Origin: Histomonas meleagridis 2922-C6/04-290x
Lineage: Eukaryota > Protista > Parabasalia
DNA: 64,000 nucleotides
Direction: 5' to 3'
Assembly: GCA_020184695.1 (NCBI GenBank)
Contig: JAANOX010000014.1
Span: forward strand, 186,001-250,000
Part shown: one piece after another, positions 18,814-30,676 of the stretch
Layout: every line of letters starts with the position of its first letter
Numbering within the stretch: position 1 is the first letter of the stretch
Made by a program: the position numbers and the translations under genes
The notes under the pieces: model-generated
What the model saw: the letters and a program-made list of their open reading frames with translations, nothing else
The model's database searches: none
Told to the model about the DNA's origin: nothing

Positions 18814-20858
18814 ATGTTTTCAAAAAGTGTATTTTTATTCAAATTTTATTTTTTTGTTTTGGTGGAAAAAGAGATTTCAATAAATGAAAATGATGAATTT
18901 CCTGATAAATTGGAAACACTACTACTAATTAGCAAAATAATACTCGAATTGAATCGAGAAAATATTAAAGAATTATCAAGTTTAATAATCAAAAAATTTG
19001 ATGATGAGCATCCATTATCTTTTTAATTTAATAATTTGTCAAATAATATTTTCTGTATTTATAGCAAGACAGAAAGATTCTGATATATATATATTAAATT
19101 TCTAGAAGAAATTGAACAATTTGAAGAAACAAAACAAGTTAAAAACAAAATATTTGAAATATTTACTAAGTTTTTGCTTCTTGAGGGGCATACACAAGAG
19201 GCATATTTTCTTCTCAATGAAATGGTTGAACATAATTTTCTACAAAAAAATGTGCTGTTGAAACATAATAAGATTTCATATTTTGTACATTATATGACCA
19301 ACGAAGAAATACAACAAATGATTAATTATATTCAAAAATTTAAAGATGAAATAAAAAAAGATATTTTAAGTCAAGAAAAATATAGGTTCTTCGATAAAAT
19401 TAATGAACATTATGAAGAACTTTCAAAGAATGATTGGGAATTACATAAGAAATATATTAAAGAAGGACATAATCCGAATAAAATTGCAAAAATCATTCGA
19501 AATGATGAAATAGAAAAACTTCAAGAAATATCATCAGAAACAAATTTTGATTTTAACAAAACAATTGAGCCATCACTTTATGAAAGATGTTCATTTATTA
19601 ATCAAAGAAATGTTACATTAATTGATTATGCAGCATTTTTTTCTTCTATTAAATGTTTTAAATATTTACTTATGAATGGTGCAAAATTAGAAAACGCAGG
19701 TAAATATGCTATTGCTGGTGGAAATGAAGAAATTATTCATTTATGTGAACAAAATCATTCATCATTTAAAGATGCATATAAAACTGCAATTGAATTTCAT
19801 CGAAATGATATCTTTCATTATGTTTATGAAAATAATTTGGAAAAATTGGATGTAAATAACGTGAAAGAAATTCGTGACTTGGGATATTTAAGTGAAAATA
19901 AAATTTTGGTAATAAATAATTTAACTTATATAGGAAAAATATGCATTCAATATTATAATTTTCACATTTTTATGTTTTTACTTGATGAAGGAATGCAAAT
20001 TGATGATTTAATTATTAATAGTTATGCAAGAAATGGAAACTTTTATGCTGTAAAATTCTTCCTTCAAAATCATAAATTTCCACAGAATATTTTGGTTAAC
20101 TCTTCAATATCATGGAATAACGAACTTGTTGAATATATGCTGAAACAAGAAGGAATTGATATTAATGCTAAAGATATTTATTTGTTTTATTTAATATTTA
20201 TTTTAGTAATATGATATTTCAAAATAATATTTGAAAATTATTTGAATTATTTTGGACAGCACTCATTTGGGCATCTGAAAATGGTTATATAGAAATCGTT
20301 AAATTACTTCTTGAACAAGAAGGAATTGATATTAATGCTAAAGATATTTATTTGTTTTATTTAATATTTATTTAAATAATTTTCTATTTCAAAATAATAT
20401 TTGGAAATTATTTAAATTATTTTGGACAGCACTCATTTGGGCATCTGAAAATGGTTATATAGAAATCGTTAAATTACTTCTTGAACAAGAAGGAATTGAT
20501 ATTAATGCTAAAGATATTTATTTGTTTTATTTAATATTTATTTTAATAATTTTCTATTTCAAAATAATATTTGGAAATTATTTAAATTATTTAAAACAGC
20601 ACTTATGTTAGCATCTCAAAATGGTCATATAGAAATCGTTAAATTACTTCTTGAACAAGAAGGAATTGATATTAATGCTAAAGATATTTATTTGTTTTAT
20701 ATGATATTTATTTAGATAATTTTCTATTTCAAAATAATATTTGGAAATTATTTAAATTATTTAAAACAGCACTTATTAGAGCATCTGAAGAAGGTTATAT
20801 AGAAATAGTGGATTTAATTCGAGAAAAATCAAGAAAATCATTTTGTGAGCACAGTTAA
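18814..20858 (+). CDS. DUF3447-ankyrin repeat protein, locus 2, with 4 spacer-interrupted ankyrin repeats and compensating indels in the N-terminal part
   Basis: Paralog of locus 1. The ORFs at 18814 and 19174 are in the same frame, broken by an extra T (about 19021) and an extra AT (about 19085). Ankyrin units WTALIWASENGYIEIVKLLLEQEGIDINAKD lie at 20253-20345 and 20423-20515, with related units at 20593-20685 and 20763-20858. Confidence 0.85.
20176..20762 (+). other. Ankyrin-linker spacers, locus 2: 20176-20252, 20346-20422, 20516-20592, 20686-20762 (all 77 nt; 170-nt tandem period)
   Basis: AAGATATTTA recurs at 20171, 20341, 20511 and 20681; each unit is a 93-nt ankyrin segment plus a 77-nt spacer. 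Confidence 0.95.
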
Positions 20859-21635
20859 ATATACAATATCATAAACTTGAGAAAATATAATAAATAATTT
20901 TTTATTGTTAACAATAAAACATTAATAATATAAAAGCTGAATATATTTTTAAAATTTTGAAATTATTTTTCTTATTTTATTACGAAATGTTCATATACGG
21001 GATTCATAAAATATTGAGATAAAATTAAAGCTCATAATGCAGCTTACGAAACAAAATTGGTCTTTAGATGGTTTTTTGATAGATTTATAATAAATTATCA
21101 ATCTGTCCTTTTATACAAAATATTATACATTCCGAACTAATTATGAAAATATTGAACAAAATTCTATAAGACAAAATAAACAAAAGAAAAGATTTTCATA
21201 AATACCAAAATTAAATTAACAAAAATATCAAGAATCAAAAAAGAAATAAGAACCATAAGTTTTTAGTGCGTGACGAAACACCTGATCAATTCGATGAAAT
21301 TGTTTTAAATATAAAGAAATTGACAAAAAAAAATATGGTTGATATCATAATTAAACTCGATCAAGTTGAAGAAGACGATGACAATTTGGAAAAAGGAAAT
21401 GCTAATCTATTAATTTTTTTTTCAATCGTTTACACCACTTTTTGTGCCTCTTCAACTTTTAATTATACGAACTTTTTCTTTGATATTAAAATGGTTTTCA
21501 GAGTTAAAAATGAGCAGCGTTCAAATTGAAAGTATATAAACAAACTTTGTAAGGCAATAAGTTTTAAAGCAATCGACATTAAATTATTGTTCCGAATTGA
21601 ATATACGATAAATTAATCATACAAATTGTTAATTT

Positions 21636-23491
21636 TTAGGATCTCAATATGTTCTTTGGACATCTTGGAGCAGTGTGATCTGTGGAATGACAGATGCTGC
21701 AATCATATTCTCTTTTGACTTTTGGAGCCCCAGGTCTATCAACATTGAGTCTAGGGTGAGTATTCGGAGTACCAGCTACTAAGAGACTTTTTGGAGGAAC
21801 GATTTCTTCTTCAATTCCTGATTGGTACTCAATTGATTGCAATGAATTTAATGTATCATCAAGGATTGTTCTTATTTCATCTGACCTATGCGCAAAAGGA
21901 AATTATCGTTCAAACTTATTGACACATGAACTATAAGTCCAATCGTTTTTGATATTCTTGTTCAAAACTTTTTTTTCAACATTGTTGATATGTCTTTGAA
22001 ACGTTGCTTTGCAATGTCGCCATCTTGTTGGAATATCGTTTAAATTTAATAATGGAAATCGATCTTCTTTAATTCTGTTCAAAAGCAAATGCTTGCATGG
22101 TAATCCATAGAGTAAATTATTTATACAGCATCCGTTCAAAAAACTTACTGATAATGCTCCAATTTCATTGAGATCATTATATTCAGATGAAATTATTGGA
22201 ACGGCGAAACTTCTAATTTCATCTGCGTCTTCTGAACTAATGATATTTTCGGAAATTAATATCTTTTTTTCGTTTATTGAAGCTAATCTTAACCTTTCAC
22301 CTCTCAAATAAATAGCTCTTACAACATTGGCTAAAGAATGTATTCTGTGTTCTAATAAGTTCTTCAAACTTCCGAAAAAGCCTTCGACTCTGTTTGTTGT
22401 ATCATTATCACAATGAGTATATTTAATAGTATAACTTGGCAACCAGTGTTCTTTTTCTTCCAATAATTGTTCTAAAAACTTAGATGATTTAGTGTTTGGA
22501 TTGTTATTAATGTAATTCTTACATAAATTAATGAACTCTTCTTCTGATATATCTTTTTGTCTCATTTTATAATATTGATCAAATAACTTTGCACCAACCT
22601 TCGAATAAATGTTTCTTCCAATATGTACTGAACAATAAATAATGAATGCATTTGGAAATATTTCTTTAATTGCAGATATTTGGGTTTTGTTTATATCTGA
22701 TACGAATAAGCGAATATCTCCTACTCTATTCTTAAGTTCAACAAAGTAATTAACGAAAGAAGTTTTCATCCTAGATGATAATATTGCATAAGATAAAACT
22801 TGATTTCTAGCATTTCCATCTTCTGATATAAGCAGAAGCAAAGGAAATCCATAGAAGTTTGTGCAGCTCGTATCATCAATCACGCAAACATCTTTTGAAT
22901 AATAACATTCTATAATTGGATCATGAAATACATAGCATGATTGAAATCTATTTAAATCATCAATTATAATCAGATTTGACCAAATTTTCCATTGATTCAT
23001 TTCTTTAACCAAATTATTCATGTCATTGTGCTTCAGTTTTTTAAGCTCTTCCCTTCTAACTGCATATAAAACATCTTTAGAACATGTTAAACTTTTCATT
23101 AATCTAATAGAATGCGCAGTTAACCCTAAAGTAGTTTATTTTTTGATTTTATCTTTAATTTCTTCTTTCAGTTGGTTCTTCATTTTCAATCGTAGTTCTG
23201 AATTGGGAATGTGCGTGTGAGCTTCATCGCATGAATGAAAATATGCAGTTTTAGTGGAAGAATCATATTGGAATCTAACGCAAGCATCACAATTATATAT
23301 TGATCTTTTGTATCTACATGCATATATTTGTCTCTTGAAGGTCCAGTTGAGAGGGCAGCATATCTAAGATTGAACTGATCTGATAGATCTCTTACTCTTA
23401 CTGTGAGTGAGCGAATATCAGGGAAAAAACCATTACTCATAGTTTTAAAAGCTTGAATAAGCTCATTTGGTGTAAGATAAGTTGCTTCCAT
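21636..23491 (-). mobile_element. Decayed Mutator-like (MULE) DDE transposase gene
   Basis: Contains an N-terminal C..C..H.H finger region, VCVIDDT, LFVSD, YCSVH (CxxH), TTNRVEGFF, a SWIM-like CC...GLPCKH and a C-terminal zinc knuckle CSICHSTDHTAPRC. It is split by two frameshifts and an in-frame TAA. No TIRs were found. Confidence 0.88.
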
Positions 23492-24301
23492 TAATGGCCA
23501 TGTTAAGACCGTTTATGAGTAAAAGTTCGTATAAATTATAAATTGAGAGAAACAATAGGCACAAAAAGTGGTGTAAACAATTGGAAAAAAAGCATTCAAA
23601 AAGCTCGTATAAATAAACGATTGACCGAAGTTTTTGTACTAAAAAAATTATCTTGAAATTGTATACGGGTATTTTTACAACAGGGCTCCACAAGAGGTAC
23701 CCTCAATTACAAATACATTAATTTTTTGCACTTAATTTTTGTTGGACTAATATGACATTTAATGTTTTTCCCAACGGTTAAAAGTGAATAAAAATTGGTT
23801 CTGGCGAAAACGTTTAAAAAACGTTAAAAAGTTGACAATTTTTGGGTGGACTGTAATTAACTACATAGTCTTCGTGTTAATTCATACACAAAATTGGTAC
23901 ATTTACAATGTTTTTTTTTTAGATGAGTAGGATTGAAGAAAGGTATTACATTTAGACAAAGTTTTTCAAAATCTTGTTATTGTTCAAAATCCCCCTTTCA
24001 CAAGACTTCGCCCTTTTTTGTATGTTAAGTCAAATACACATTTTTATGGATGTCATTAAAGATTTTATTTTAATGTACAAATGAAATAGTTTATCAAAAA
24101 AAAAAAAAATGATCCATATTATTTTTAATATTATTCATCACTTCCACCAAAACAATCATTTGAATTCAAAACTCATTCCATTGGAAATAAAGTATCTTCA
24201 ATTATTGTTTCAACAAATAGCGACCGTTTATTACGATATTTTCGTCACTTCACAAACCACTCAAAAAAATCTAAAATTTTCCAGTTCACATTTATTCATC
24301 C

Positions 24302-25354
24302 ATGAATCCTGAACAATTGCATCAAGATGTCAAAGATTACTATTCACAAGAAGTTCAGCAAACAAGTGATCTCAAATTCTCTGCGTGTGTTTGCAGTTCC
24401 ACTAAGAGTCCGAAGCACAAAGAAATTCTTTCACGTATTAGTCCGATTGTCATTGAGAAATATTACGGGTGTGGCACGCCAATCCCAGAGGCACTTGAAG
24501 GAGCAACAGTACTTGATCTAGGCTGTGGTACGGGTCGTGATGTATTTGTTACAGCCGCGCTTGCTGGGAAAACAGGGCATGTAATCGGAGTGGACATGAC
24601 TCCGGAGCAACTTGAAGTAGCCAACGGTGCACTTGAATACCATTATGGCCAATTTCCCGAATCTGCAAAAATCGAATTTAAACAAGGCTTTATTGAAGAC
24701 CTTCAAAGCATTGGCGTTCCAGACTCATCCGTCGATGTTGTCATCTCGAACTGCGTTGTTAACTTAAGTAGCAACAAATTAAAAGTATTCCAAGAAATTT
24801 ATCGAGTTCTGAAAGAAGGAGGCGAAGTTCACATTTCCGACATCTTTTCGAGCAAGCCGCTTAATGAAGAAGCGTGTAAGAACAAGATGTTAGTTGGCGA
24901 ATGCATTGGAAATGTTCTGGATTTGACCGAATTCGTAGACGTGATGAAGAAATCTGGATTTGACCAAATATATCCAGTGGAGATTCGCGTCATTGACGTC
25001 AAACATGAATTAATTGATCCGTATACCGCATTCTATTCGATCACATTTCGCGCATTTAAAGTTTCCAAAAATGAAAACACGTTCGAAAATGATGTCGCTA
25101 AATATGTTGGCGGAATTGATGAATATGAAAATGCATTTAAATTTGATGTAATGCATGAATTTAGAAAAAATCAATCGACTCCAATATCAACAAATGTGTT
25201 GGAAATCCTTCAAAAATCAAGATTTAATAAGTTCTTTTCTTTTGAAAAAGATGAAAACGCAAGTTATAATCAAAAAGAAGAATTTCTTGATGTATTGAAT
25301 GAATATCTTTTAAATCAAGCAACAAATTGTTGTTGTTGCAATTGCAATAATTAA
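24302..25354 (+). CDS. AS3MT: Arsenite S-adenosylmethionine methyltransferase (AS3MT/ArsM family)
   Basis: Motifs V.DYY...., SACVC, YYGCG.PIP..LEG.TVLDLGCGTGRD, VIGVDMT.EQL, DVVISNCVVNL, GECIG; the four family cysteines are present. Confidence 0.92.
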   Translation: MNPEQLHQDVKDYYSQEVQQTSDLKFSACVCSSTKSPKHKEILSRISPIVIEKYYGCGTPIPEALEGATVLDLGCGTGRDVFVTAALAGKTGHVIGVDMTPEQLEVANGALEYHYGQFPESAKIEFKQGFIEDLQSIGVPDSSVDVVISNCVVNLSSNKLKVFQEIYRVLKEGGEVHISDIFSSKPLNEEACKNKMLVGECIGNVLDLTEFVDVMKKSGFDQIYPVEIRVIDVKHELIDPYTAFYSITFRAFKVSKNENTFENDVAKYVGGIDEYENAFKFDVMHEFRKNQSTPISTNVLEILQKSRFNKFFSFEKDENASYNQKEEFLDVLNEYLLNQATNCCCCNCNN

Positions 25355-26257
25355 ATAAAATTTAAATTTGAAAATTGTTTATGAAGTTTTAAAAATAAAT
25401 TCATTATTTCAATATTGTAGCTATTACATTTTAGAAATATTTGATCATGGCGTTCAAAACAAATTCTTTACTTCTTCATGAACCGCATATATCGTTTTAC
25501 ATAAACACCTTGTTCAGAAACGTATTTCCTACAAATTTTCACAAGATCTTATAAACAATATATATAAATTATTATTTAATTGTATTAGTGTTGCTATCCA
25601 AATAAATTATGAAGTTTCATCACTTTTTACTTTGAAACATTATATAAGTCTTTAAATAATTTAGTTGCACTTATATCAAAAATGTATGAAATGTGTAGAA
25701 AAAAATTCAATTTTCAACATATTGTTAATGTTAAATGAAAGTATTAGCATTCTATAGTCAATTAGACTTTCCTGATAAATACTATAAAAGTCTCTGTGAA
25801 ATTACATCAATATTCTTCTTAATATCACGTATATCAAATCAAGGTGATCAAATGAAACATTGAAATGAAGAAGATAAAATATCATCATAATGCTCTCTTT
25901 CCATACTAAAACAAGAAAATTTCATTGAACAGTAAAACACAAATAACACAAACAGGTGAACTGCGATATTTTATTACCAGAAAATCACTCGAAATGGTTC
26001 TTCTTTAGTTTATATCCAATCTTAGTTATGCTATTAAACATTCGGATTTGTGATTCTTGAGTAATTCAACGATTTCAGGGTGTTTAATTACAGATTCATA
26101 TTCAAGAGCAAATTGCGATTTTTATCATTCCACAACAATGAAAACTGTAATCATTATAATATGTACAAATGCAACGAACATTTTCTTTTAAGATAAATGA
26201 AATAATGTTCATACAAATAGAAAAATAGTTTTACTATTAATTAATTCATTTATAACA

Positions 26258-27985
26258 TTATGCGACGAATCTTGGGAATGGCGGCTCAACTTTACCTTCT
26301 TCTGGGAACTCCACGGCCGTTTGCAGATAGGGTATTTTCTTTGCCGCATTTAGCACTTTTTTACCGTTTTCGAGAACTTTTTCAGAGCCGGCATCACGTT
26401 TGATGCACTGAAGAAGTTTAACCGCGTTTGACACCTCTTCGATTGCTGGCTGGCTAAGCACGGCAACGCAGAAGTCATTGGACGCACGAATCGTTTGAAT
26501 AAGCTTTGCTCCAGAGATATTAATTGTGGCCAAATAACGTGATAAGTCATTTTCAACGTTTTCGGAAAGAATTTTGTCGCCATGTGATAAGTTTCCTTCG
26601 AGTTCTTCATGAGCTGCATGAAGCATAACCTTAGTACGAAGAATAGTGCCCAGTTGTGTAACAACTTCAATCATTATCTTATTTTTGACATCTGGTCGAT
26701 TGGAATAATATGCCATGATTTTGTCAGTGCTTACCGTAATGGGCGTGAACGAGACAAGTGATGTCTCATATTGGAGTAAAAGTAAAATCAAATAAAGTGA
26801 TTTTGCTGCAATTCGAATATCATCTTTCCAAGGACGTTGTGTGAGAATAAAGTCAATCAAAGCCATTCCCGACATCTCGGTTCGACGTATGCTAGCAAGA
26901 ATTACGCGTCTAACATATTTAGTTTCAGGTGGATCATTTGATGCAAATGTAGACTTGATTGCCCATTGAATAATTCCTGTGGATGAAATAGATCGATATT
27001 GCTCCTTGACATAGTTGATAGGATTAAGCCAACTCCAATTTCCTGATTCTTCTTTGTTTTGAGCTTTTGGCTTTGGGGTGCCCTTGACGGTTTCGGCGGT
27101 TTTTGGTGGTTGTTTTGGAATTTCGATTTTGTCTTTCGGCCCACGGAGCATTTTAGCTGTTCCAGCAATTGCTGCAGCAGTAGGCCTCTTGGCAGGATCA
27201 ACTTGGATACATTGAGAAATTAACATTGCAAATGATTCATCAGCATCTTTTGGTAGACGAAGCTTACCTTGAAGAATTGGAAGCCTTTCTTCTGGCTTAT
27301 AAAGGTCGACTCGATATATGAGCTTATAAAGAGTACAACCTAAAGCCCATACATCAGCTGGAGTTCCGATTTCAACTCTTTTGTAAAGGTCAATCATCTC
27401 CGGAGACCTGTAATTTTGCGTTGTATTTCTTTCAATGTCTTCGCTGGCAGCGTTTATTTCATTTACATTTTTGATTTTGTATATTGTTGTTGTTGCGCTT
27501 CCGAAATCGCTCAGCTTTGGAGTTCCGTCAGTCGCTACAAGGAGGTTCTCTGGTTTGAGGTCACGATGAATGATTGGTGGATTTTGCGAATGTAAAAATG
27601 CTGTTGCTTCAGCACAAGCTGTAAAGAATATCAATATCTCTTCACGAGTCATCTCCCTCTTTGAAAGAATACCAATTGCCGTAGCTGGGCAATATTCATA
27701 AAGAAGCATGATTATAAGTGTTTTTGGATTTAAGTCAGCACCATAAAGCTTAACAATATTAGGATTTGGAGGGATTGATTTAAGTATTTTGGCTTCTTGG
27801 CAAAATTGTTGATACCTATCTGAAGTGAGGCAATTCACAAACTTAAGTGCATATTGATTTCCTTGAGAATCTTCAACACGAAACACCCATGCATATCCAC
27901 CTTCCCCAATCTTTTCTTTGACAATAACAGTGATGCCTTCAATCGTCAATGTCCTTCCAATCAGGCTTGCAAGGTTCACAGACAT
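26258..27985 (-). CDS. NAK-family (AAK1/GAK/Ark1-like) Ser/Thr kinase with C-terminal ANTH-like region
   Basis: IGEGGYAWVF, PPIIHRDLKPENLL, KLSDFGSAT, TTQNYRSPEMIDLY and DVWALGCTLY are NAK signatures. The C-terminal part has KSTFASNDPPETKYVRRV, which resembles ANTH. ATG at 27985. Confidence 0.88.
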   Translation of the reverse strand: MSVNLASLIGRTLTIEGITVIVKEKIGEGGYAWVFRVEDSQGNQYALKFVNCLTSDRYQQFCQEAKILKSIPPNPNIVKLYGADLNPKTLIIMLLYEYCPATAIGILSKREMTREEILIFFTACAEATAFLHSQNPPIIHRDLKPENLLVATDGTPKLSDFGSATTTIYKIKNVNEINAASEDIERNTTQNYRSPEMIDLYKRVEIGTPADVWALGCTLYKLIYRVDLYKPEERLPILQGKLRLPKDADESFAMLISQCIQVDPAKRPTAAAIAGTAKMLRGPKDKIEIPKQPPKTAETVKGTPKPKAQNKEESGNWSWLNPINYVKEQYRSISSTGIIQWAIKSTFASNDPPETKYVRRVILASIRRTEMSGMALIDFILTQRPWKDDIRIAAKSLYLILLLLQYETSLVSFTPITVSTDKIMAYYSNRPDVKNKIMIEVVTQLGTILRTKVMLHAAHEELEGNLSHGDKILSENVENDLSRYLATINISGAKLIQTIRASNDFCVAVLSQPAIEEVSNAVKLLQCIKRDAGSEKVLENGKKVLNAAKKIPYLQTAVEFPEEGKVEPPFPRFVA

Positions 27986-28296
27986 TTTGAACCAATTGTT
28001 GACAAAATTATTTTCATTCAAATTATTTGTCAACTTTATACCACAGAACAATTTTTGTAAAACTTTTCCTTGATTATTTTTGGATATTTTGATAAATAAG
28101 ATAATACTTTTGGTGACATCAAAATTGGTAAATAGAACAATTTATTAAAATTTCTTCAATTTGTTTATATGAATCAAAGGTGTAATGAACTTTTTTAAAA
28201 GAAAATTTGAATTGAATTCGATCGTTTTATCACAACTTCAAATGATTCAAAAAACAATTTCAAGATTTTTTACTTTACTAAAGGAATATTTGATTA

Positions 28297-30140
28297 TTAT
28301 AACAGTGGGTCAAACTTTTGTTCTTTAAAGTCATCAACAAATGGCTCTTCAGCATCAACAAACATATTTCCACCTCTATTTGCTTTGTAAATGCAATTAT
28401 TTCTAAATGTGAAATAAATTCTAATAACAATTACAATAGTTATTGCAATGATTACATATACAATTCCGATTTGAAAATGGAATATAATTTGTTGGTCATA
28501 AGTAATGATATAAATTTCTTTATTTTGTGCATCAGCATATGTTTTTGGTGATTGTGAAAGAGAATTTTCAAATTTATTTTGTATGTTTTGATATAATAAA
28601 TCAAAAATATATGTTAATGTTTGCGATAAAGTTAATGAATTTGAAGTTATATTTGAATGTATTAACTTTGGAATATTTATTAATGTTATTGTTTCTGCTT
28701 TTATTGTTATATTTAAATAAGAATATGAAATATCAATCTTTAATGATTGTGACTGTGTTTTTGTTAAGGATTCTGTAGTTGTTAATGATGGTGTTATACC
28801 ATATGAATATGTATTTGTTAGTGATTGATGTATTTGATTGAACATTTGTTATAGACTGTGTTAATGACAATGATTAGTTAATGATTTAGATAATGTTTTT
28901 CTAATTGAAAGTGTTTTGATATAAGACGCAGTAAAACTATTTGACTGTTGATTTGTTTCTGTTAATGATATTGTATTTATTGGCGTATATGTTAAGGATA
29001 ATGTATTCGTGGCTATGTGAGAAGTTACTGACGTAATTTTTTGCGTATTTGATTGAGTTAATGTATTAATTGGAGTTTTTGTACTTGTTTGGGTTATTGT
29101 TTTTGTTTGTGATCGAGTTAATGAAGAAATATATGATCTTGTAATTGATCTAGTTGTATAAGCCACATGTGTTTGCGATTGAGTGTTTGTTTGAGAGAAT
29201 GTTTTGGATGCTGTTAATGTACTTACATACACACTGATAAATGTACTAATAACTTTCCATGTACTTTGTTGATCAAATATAAGTGGCTTGATTCCAGAAA
29301 ACTTCAATAATAAAATGGTTGGAACAAAGACATATGTTAGAGTAGATGAAATAGTCATTGAAACTGTGTGTGATGGAATTAATGTATATGACTGGTCCAT
29401 GTTATGGATGAAACTTCTGTTTTAGAATAAGTTGTCTGTAACATATATTTGAAAGTTACTGATTGTGTGTACGATAAAGTATATGTACAACTAAGTGATT
29501 GAGTTAATGTATTTGACAATATTTTTGTAGAAGAATACATCATTGAATTTGATATAGTATCAACATAAGTTAAAATTTTTGTTTCTGATTCAACAGAAAT
29601 TAAAGACAATGTTTGAGAATATACATTTATTTGAGTGATTAAAGAGAAATATGTCGAAATCGATGTAATTGATGATGTCGATACATTTTTAAAAAAAATT
29701 GTATCTATAAACGAAGAGTTGAATATGCTCGATTGAACTAATGATGGAGATGAAGTAAAAGAATTTAAATATGTATTTGATGATGTACATGTATCAAAAA
29801 GCACATGAGTTGTTACATTTGTTATTGTGTAATTCAAAATTTGTTTGCCTGATTGTGAAATAATATTTTCATGTTGAACTGATTGAATTATTGTATTAAT
29901 TTCAACAAATATTTTTGACTTGACTTGCGTGGAAGAAATAGTACATGTGTGTGTTAGAATTTGTGATTGTGCATTTGAAATATCATTTTTTCCTTTTAAT
30001 GTGGTAAAAGATTTTGATAATCCTAATCCACCAACTTTGTAATGATATGAGTGGCGTGTGTAACTTAGTAAGAATATTAAAACAAACAATAATATGTAGG
30101 TTATTTGTGAGGTGATACAAGATTTTCTATATTTTAGCAA
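28297..30140 (-). pseudogene. Ser/Thr-rich mucin-like membrane protein split into three frames
   Basis: Three abutting ORFs with T-x-T/S-x-T periodicity, an N-terminal hydrophobic stretch and a C-terminal TM (IGIVYVIIAITIVIVI) plus tail. No ATG is seen at the 5' end. Confidence 0.6.
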
Positions 30141-30676
30141 CTTTTTTAATATTTTACTTATTGCTCACTGAAAAAGCACTTTTTTTCACAGATTTGATAA
30201 AAAAATTTCATTCACAAAAAAATCTTCGAAATTGGTGGAAATATACAACAAATTCATTTCCATAAGTGTACTTGTCTTCCCTGCAAGATCTATATTATTC
30301 ACGAAATAAAAAAAAAAATTAAATTTGAAAAGAATATCATCGAAAATAGACTTTACTTCCAACTAAACAAATATTGTTGACTTATGTAAAATATTTTTGT
30401 TATAGAAAAAATTATATTTTGTGATTTAACACAATCTGTAATTATTGAGAATTTTTATATCACATTATTCAGTTTCCAAAAAAAGAAACAACTTTTTTCT
30501 ATAACATAATAAATTTGTTTTGCTTTTTTCTACTAAAGCTTTTATTTATTTATTTCAAGAAGTTTGGGGGGCGCCAGTTTCAGTTGGGGTGGCCCTGGTT
30601 TCCACGAAAAAACGAATCGTTTAACGGACGAACTTAATTCAAAAGTTGGGTTCCGAATAGCCATATTTCTTGACTT

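Noticed and set aside
19015-19095. Compensating indels in the N-terminal part of ankyrin locus 2 as a recoding signal
   Set aside because: Both fall in a T homopolymer and an AT microsatellite, typical of long-read errors or ordinary slippage.
20354-20429. Canonical GT...AG intron reading of the ankyrin spacer
   Set aside because: It removes 76 nt and leaves the downstream segment out of frame. The GT or the AG is missing in several copies (ACA CCC, ACA CCT, AAT GCA), and there is no ACTAAC branch motif.
20580-20598. Single programmed -1 frameshift at a U UUA AAA-type slippery site
   Set aside because: The heptamer is present only in some copies, frame-0 stops precede it in many, and the 60-nt spacers need no shift but contain stops.
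20171-20858. CRISPR-like array (regular repeat and spacer period)
   Set aside because: Both parts of the 170-nt unit are repeated, the 93-nt part encodes ankyrin, there are no cas genes, and the context is eukaryotic.
20900-23900. TIRs and TSD for the first MULE transposase
   Set aside because: No convincing inverted repeat was found by eye on either side, so the element boundaries are left undefined.
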